Of a stretch of 23,011 bases of DNA, positions 18,224 through 23,011 are shown piece after piece; positions within the stretch are counted from its first letter, which is position 1, and every line of letters starts with the position of its first letter. The stretch is taken from the UHGV virus genome UHGV-0356582, one strand, 5' to 3'. The translations under genes were made by a program, and so were the position numbers. Below the pieces are notes generated by a model, which was given only the letters and a program-made list of their open reading frames with translations, did no database searches and was not told where the DNA came from. The DNA comes from a virus.

Positions 18224-19612
18224 ATGGCTACTTGGCAAGGATCAAATGGTGGATTGTTAGCTGGTATCGGCGGCGTCAACTCAAACGCTCCGAGCGTAAA
18301 TGACATCGGCAATACGCTTCAGCTTATCAGGCAGAACAATGATATTGAGCGTTCAGGCGCTAACAATGTTGGGCTGACTGCTTTGCAAGGTCTTTCAGGT
18401 ATTGCAGGGGTGTTTCAGCAGGAAAAGCAGGCTCAGCGGCAGAAAGAATTTCAGCAGGCGTACGCTAATGCTTATGCGTCTGGTGATCGCGGTGCTTTGC
18501 GTCAGTTGGCTACTCAATATCCAGACCAGATTGAATCCGTTCGTAAAGGCATGGGATTCATTGATGAAGATCAGCGTAATTCTATCGGCACCTTAGCGGC
18601 TGGCGCACGCCTTGCGTCATCGTCTCCAGAAGCAATGCAATCATGGCTGCAAAACAACGCCAAGGAACTGACTCGCGTCGGTGTTGACCCTAACAGCGTT
18701 GCTCAGATGTATCAGCAGAATCCTTCAGGATTTGGTGAGTTTGTTGATCACCTTGGGATGGCTGCTCTTGGTCCGATTGATTACTTCAATGTTCAGGACA
18801 AGATGGCTGGTCGTGAAATTGACCGAGGCAGGCTGGCAGAGACAATCCGCAGCAATCAGGCTGGAGAGGCGCTAACAGCACGAGGTCAGAACATCACGAT
18901 GCGCGGTCAGGACTTATCTGCTTCTACTGCGCGACGCGGGCAGGATTTGGCAATGCAGCGAGCGTCAACAAGAGGAACCGCTGGGAATGATGAGCGTACA
19001 GTTCAGTTATCAGATGGCAGAACTGTAACGGTAGGAGGGAAACTTCACGGCGCTGGGGCTAATGCGTTCTACGAAGGCATCGACAACGAGGGGAATATGG
19101 TTCGCGTTCCTGCCAGTTCAATCGCTGCGCCGGCAACATCGTCTGCATCAGCACAAAACTATGCCATGAAGAAGGATATCGACGCGATCGCAAATGCAGA
19201 CGCTTCTGCTCTCGATTTCATGACAGGAATGACAGGCGGTGCAGGTAATCCAGCAATTGGTACTGATGTTCGCAGCCGATTAACGGGAAAAGAGCAGCGC
19301 CAGTTATATAACTCAGCACAACGTATTCAGGGCAGAATGCAGAATCAGGGTGTGGCGGCAGCAAGGGACATGGGTGCCAGTGGTATTAACACCGTTGCAG
19401 AAGCGAAGATGTATTTTCAGGGGATGCCGCAGGTTGACTATTCAAGCCCGGAGGCTATGCAGCAGTCGATTCGTGAGATTCAGGAATACACTAACAATTA
19501 CAACCAACAATATAACGTTAATGTTGGTAAATCTCAGCGGCAGCAATCTCAACCTGCACAGGTATCACAGCCAGCAGCCGGCAGTAACTTTTCTTCACTA
19601 TGGGGTGATTAA
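18224..19612 (+). CDS. ejection (injection) protein, P22 gp20-like
   Basis: 462 aa, low-complexity Gln/Ala-rich. Order and size match P22 gp20. Confidence 0.7.
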   Translation: MATWQGSNGGLLAGIGGVNSNAPSVNDIGNTLQLIRQNNDIERSGANNVGLTALQGLSGIAGVFQQEKQAQRQKEFQQAYANAYASGDRGALRQLATQYPDQIESVRKGMGFIDEDQRNSIGTLAAGARLASSSPEAMQSWLQNNAKELTRVGVDPNSVAQMYQQNPSGFGEFVDHLGMAALGPIDYFNVQDKMAGREIDRGRLAETIRSNQAGEALTARGQNITMRGQDLSASTARRGQDLAMQRASTRGTAGNDERTVQLSDGRTVTVGGKLHGAGANAFYEGIDNEGNMVRVPASSIAAPATSSASAQNYAMKKDIDAIANADASALDFMTGMTGGAGNPAIGTDVRSRLTGKEQRQLYNSAQRIQGRMQNQGVAAARDMGASGINTVAEAKMYFQGMPQVDYSSPEAMQQSIREIQEYTNNYNQQYNVNVGKSQRQQSQPAQVSQPAAGSNFSSLWGD

Positions 19613-21609
19613 TGGCTAAAGCATGGAAAGATGTTATCGCCTCTCCACAGTATCAGGCGTTAGCACCAGAACAAAAAGCGCAGGCTCAGGAGCAATACTT
19701 CAATGAAGTCGTGGCCCCGCAAGCCGGAGAAAATGCAGAGCAGGCTAAGCAAGCTTTCTATGCTGCCTATCCATTGCCATCTGTGCAGCAAGTGGAGACA
19801 CAGCAACCAGTAGCACAGCAACAACCACAGCAAAGTGGATTTATGTCTGATCTTGGCGAAGCAGTAAAAGAGACTGGTCGCGGACTGGTGCAGGCTGGCG
19901 TTAACGTGGCAAACATACCTGCATCAGTTGCCGATGCTGTAACAAGCGCGGCGGCATGGGCTGGCGGTAAACTCGGTATTGGCGATGGTACATATCAACC
20001 AGCGCCACGAGTAACAACGCAGGGATTAGAGCAGGACTTTGGCCTTCAGCAAGGCGCGCTGACTCCACAAACGACAGAGGGAAGGGTATTTGCTGAAGCA
20101 TTGCCTTACCTCACTCCTGCTGGCGTTGAGAGGGCGGCGGCACAGGCACCAACACTTGCTAGTCGAATTGCTCAGGGGGCAACTCGCCTTCTCGCTGAAA
20201 ACGCAGTTGGATCACTTGCTGCAAATAGTGCGAAAGATGATGCGGAAGCACTCGCCACCGATTTAGGCGTTGGTGTACTGGCTGGCGGTGCTATTAACGC
20301 TGCCGGACGTGGATTAGGTGCTGCTTATCGTGGCGTTCGTGGTGCTATCGCGCCAGAAGCGCAGCAGGCTATCAGATTTGCAGAGCGTGTAGGAGTTCCT
20401 CTGCACACCACAGACCTGTTACAACCAACTTCCCGCGTCGGGAAAATGGCGCAGACTACAGCAGAAAATATCCCTCTGGCTGGCACAAGCGGAATGAGAG
20501 CAACGCAACAGGAAGCGAGAAGTCAGTTGGTGCAGAGATTTGCTGATAAATTCGGCGAGTACGATCCGGCAGTTGTTATTGACAGCCTTAAAGCGAAAAC
20601 ATCAGGAATTCGGCGTGCTGCAGGAAATCGACTGGAGCAGGTTCAGAATGCTATGGCGGGAATAAACATTCAGCCTGCAAGAGCAATTCAGCAGATTGAT
20701 ACAGAAATATCTAACCTGCAGAAGCTTGGTAAGGTTGCTGATAACGAGACTATTTCAAAACTTCAGTCCTATCGTGATGAGCTTGTTCGCAATGCTGGTC
20801 CTGATGGTCCGGTAAATCTGGATTTGAAGCAATTAAGCGATCTGCGCAGCCAGTTCAGAATGGACGTGAAGGGGGAGCGACCAGTGTTACCAAACCGTTC
20901 CGATGCTGCCATTCAGCGCGTTTACAAGGCAATGACCGACGATATCAATGGTGCCATTGGTCAGAATCTTGGCAACGATACTCTCCGTAAATATCAGCAG
21001 GCCAATGCCGTCTACGCTGACGAAGCGGCGAAACTAAAGAATACCAGGCTGAAGAATGTTCTCATGAAAGGCGACCTGACGCCGGAAGTTGTCAACAACA
21101 TGCTATTCAGCAAGAACAAATCGGAAATTAAGACGCTGTATAACTCAGTTGGTCGTGTTGGCAGGGCGCAAATGCGCAATGGCATCATTGGAAAGGCGAT
21201 GGAGAAATCTGGCGGATCCCCTGACCAGTTCCTTCGACAGCTTAACATCCTGCAAAACCAGACTGGCATCACATTTAAGGGGCAGGACGCTGCTTATCTG
21301 AAAGGATTAAAAAACTATCTGCAATCCACACAGCAGGCTGCAAAAGCGGCAGTAACAACACCCACAGGGCAGCAAACTATCCCGTTCATTATTGGGTATG
21401 GGACGGCAATGAACCCGGCGACAACTGGCGCAGCAGTAAGCTACGGACTTCTTACTCGCGCCTATGAGAGCGAGCCATTCAGAAATGCAATGCTCCGAAT
21501 GGCAAACACCCCACGCGGATCGACAGCGTTTGAGAAAGCCATGCAGCAAGCGCAAAAAGCGATTAATGCACTGACGCAGGGTGCGAAGTCTGATTCGTTG
21601 TCAGAATAG
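19612..21609 (+). CDS. ejection (injection) protein, P22 gp16-like
   Basis: 665 aa, Ala/Gly/Gln-rich. ATGA-coupled to the previous gene. Last gene of the rightward structural operon before the leftward genes. Confidence 0.7.
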   Translation: MAKAWKDVIASPQYQALAPEQKAQAQEQYFNEVVAPQAGENAEQAKQAFYAAYPLPSVQQVETQQPVAQQQPQQSGFMSDLGEAVKETGRGLVQAGVNVANIPASVADAVTSAAAWAGGKLGIGDGTYQPAPRVTTQGLEQDFGLQQGALTPQTTEGRVFAEALPYLTPAGVERAAAQAPTLASRIAQGATRLLAENAVGSLAANSAKDDAEALATDLGVGVLAGGAINAAGRGLGAAYRGVRGAIAPEAQQAIRFAERVGVPLHTTDLLQPTSRVGKMAQTTAENIPLAGTSGMRATQQEARSQLVQRFADKFGEYDPAVVIDSLKAKTSGIRRAAGNRLEQVQNAMAGINIQPARAIQQIDTEISNLQKLGKVADNETISKLQSYRDELVRNAGPDGPVNLDLKQLSDLRSQFRMDVKGERPVLPNRSDAAIQRVYKAMTDDINGAIGQNLGNDTLRKYQQANAVYADEAAKLKNTRLKNVLMKGDLTPEVVNNMLFSKNKSEIKTLYNSVGRVGRAQMRNGIIGKAMEKSGGSPDQFLRQLNILQNQTGITFKGQDAAYLKGLKNYLQSTQQAAKAAVTTPTGQQTIPFIIGYGTAMNPATTGAAVSYGLLTRAYESEPFRNAMLRMANTPRGSTAFEKAMQQAQKAINALTQGAKSDSLSE

Positions 21610-21699
21610 CCTTTCAAACACCAGGAACGTGCAAAAACCAAATATGTAGAACGCGATGTTTATCGTATCCCTCTGCATAGGCGATACCTTTGCTGATTG

Positions 21700-22188
21700 T
21701 TATCTGATGTTACTGCTACTGTTGCATGTTACCGTGTTTCCAAATCCTGAATTGCAGTTTGTATATGTGTCAACGCGTGTTGGGTAAGGTTGAGTTATAA
21801 CAGGCTGGCGCGCTTTTTGCTCGATAGCTTGCATTGTGTTTACAGCCTGATAATTCAATAAAGCCTGCTGGAATGCTTGGCTTTGTGCTATTTGTTGGGC
21901 TTGTTCTTGGCTTTGTAATTGAACATAAAGATTCTGAAGCTCAAGTCTTGCCTGTGCGTCACTTATCTTGCCTTCATCAACACCTTGCCCGAGCATCTTT
22001 GCAGCAAGGACATACAGCTTAGGTGTTGGTGCAGATGCCATGCGTGAGTCGTTCTTCACACTGGCATCAAGGCAATTAGCCATATCGCTAAGCTTTTGAT
22101 AGCGTTGTTCGCAACTTGCTTGATAGTCACTTACTTTTGCGCATCCAACCAGCAGAAGCGGGATAATTAACAGTGATTTTTTCATATG
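21700..22188 (-). CDS. predicted lipoprotein, about 162 aa, Gln-rich middle and Cys-containing C-terminus
   Basis: Start ATG at 22186-22188 on the minus strand, preceded by AGGAGAG. Signal peptide MKKSLLIIPLLLVGC with a lipobox. AT-rich. Opposite strand to the structural operon, at the P22 sieA/immI position. Confidence 0.7.
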   Translation of the reverse strand, partial: HMKKSLLIIPLLLVGCAKVSDYQASCEQRYQKLSDMANCLDASVKNDSRMASAPTPKLYVLAAKMLGQGVDEGKISDAQARLELQNLYVQLQSQEQAQQIAQSQAFQQALLNYQAVNTMQAIEQKARQPVITQPYPTRVDTYTNCNSGFGNTVTCNSSSNIR

Positions 22189-22255
22189 GTTAACTCTCCT
22201 TAGTTTTTCACAGGATATCATGAAGGCAATGCCATTTTAGCCGGAAACTAGATTT

Positions 22256-22522
22256 CTATGTTTCCTTTTTATTATTGCTATACATGGTCTTAAGCGTTTC
22301 AAAAACCATTTTCTTAACCATATCGGATTGTTGTTCTGCCATACGCTCTGCATCGTCAATGTAAACTGATGCAGAGCTTTGTTTATCCAATGATTCCTCA
22401 ATCGCTGCAATTATCTCTGAGTTCAGCGATCTGTTATTCATCTTCGCACGCTGTTTAATTTTCGCGTGGAGTTCATGCGGAAGTCTCAAGTGAAACTGCG
22501 CCTCGTCGTATTTGCTGTACAT
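22256..22522 (-). CDS. mnt: Mnt-like ribbon-helix-helix repressor (Arc/MetJ superfamily)
   Basis: FHLRLPHELHAKIKQRAKMNNRSLNSEII... and ...DDAERMAEQQSDMVKKMVFETLK... parallel P22 Mnt (NFRMPMEVREKLKFRAEANGRSMNSELL... / ...NDAERLADEQSELVKKMVFDTLK...). Start taken at the internal ATG (22522); the upstream in-frame ATG at 22555 lacks an RBS. Confidence 0.8.
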   Translation of the reverse strand: MYSKYDEAQFHLRLPHELHAKIKQRAKMNNRSLNSEIIAAIEESLDKQSSASVYIDDAERMAEQQSDMVKKMVFETLKTMYSNNKKET

Positions 22523-22595
22523 CCTTGATGCCTCACCAGGTGGGTGGAATGGCATCGTAACTTACTGGATAAATACTCAATAGTACCATTTCGGT

Positions 22596-22618
22596 ATGCA
22601 ATCACATCATGATTGCAT
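22596..22618. promoter_or_regulatory. 23-bp dyad-symmetric element (candidate operator) between mnt and the tailspike gene
   Basis: ATGCAATCA-CATCA-TGATTGCAT: perfect 9-bp inverted arms around a 5-bp centre, in the 120-bp divergent intergenic region. Confidence 0.4.
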
Positions 22619-22642
22619 CATATCATTCGTCTGGAGCAATGA

Positions 22643-23011
22643 AATGTCAGATATCACCGCAAATGTTGTGGTAAGCATGCCTTCGCAACTCTTCACTATG
22701 GCGCGTTCTTTTAAAGCCGTAGCCAATGGCAAAATTTATATCGGTAAAATTGACACTGACCCGGTAAATCCAGAAAACCAGATTCAGGTTTATGTAGAGA
22801 ATGAAGACGGCTCTCACGTTCCTGTTTCGCAGCCAATCATCATTAACGCTGCTGGATATCCGGTATATAACGGACAGATTGCCAAATTCGTTACTGTACA
22901 GGGCCATTCTATGGCTGTTTATGATGCGTATGGGGCGCAGCAGTTCTATTTTCCGAATGTGCTGAAGTATGATCCTGATCAATTTTCTGTATGGGCAAAA
23001 AATCATTTCAG
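22643..23011 (+). CDS. tailspike protein, N-terminal head-binding domain (P22 gp9-like), 3'-truncated by window edge
   Basis: [59 protein letters not shown]...VLKYDPDQF closely matches the P22 tailspike N-terminus. GGAG 7 nt upstream. ORF runs off the window. Confidence 0.9.

Noticed and set aside
18030-19619. Alternative-frame ORFs of 63-89 aa inside the gp7-like and gp20-like genes
   Set aside because: They are embedded in low-complexity Gln/Ala-rich coding sequence where off-frame ORFs arise by chance. No RBS or motif support.
22647-23006. 119-aa minus-strand ORF overlapping the tailspike N-terminal domain
   Set aside because: The plus-strand frame encodes a near-exact P22-type tailspike head-binding domain, so the antisense frame is almost certainly non-coding.
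1-23011. CRISPR arrays, rRNA, integrase or attachment sites
   Set aside because: No direct-repeat/spacer periodicity, no rRNA-like sequence and no integrase-like ORF is present. The prophage ends and any att sites must lie outside this window.

Overview
This window reads as a single lambdoid prophage segment on the + strand, running from the end of the replication module to the start of the tailspike gene. It contains a 5'-truncated DnaC-like helicase loader, a lambda-type nin region (NinB, NinE, NinF, NinG/Rap, NinH, NinI phosphatase), a putative Q antiterminator with a late promoter/terminator, and the lambda-type lysis cassette (S, R, Rz with embedded Rz1). It then switches to a P22/Sf6-like morphogenesis module: small and large terminase, portal, scaffold, coat, gp4/gp10/gp26-like head-completion and needle proteins, and gp14/gp7/gp20/gp16-like ejection proteins. 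It ends with a leftward lipoprotein gene and an Mnt-like repressor gene, then the 5' end of a P22-type tailspike. I found no rRNA, tRNA or CRISPR. Protein identifications rest on my recall of lambda and P22 sequences, not on a database search. The three observations most worth follow-up are: (1) an AT-rich cassette carrying an HNH homing endonuclease that has recombined into ninB; (2) a terminator-isolated gene after Rz whose product looks like a DUF2829/Tad2-like candidate anti-defence protein; (3) an Mnt-lipoprotein unit, with no arc/ant, occupying the immI/sieA position next to a strong dyad-symmetric element.
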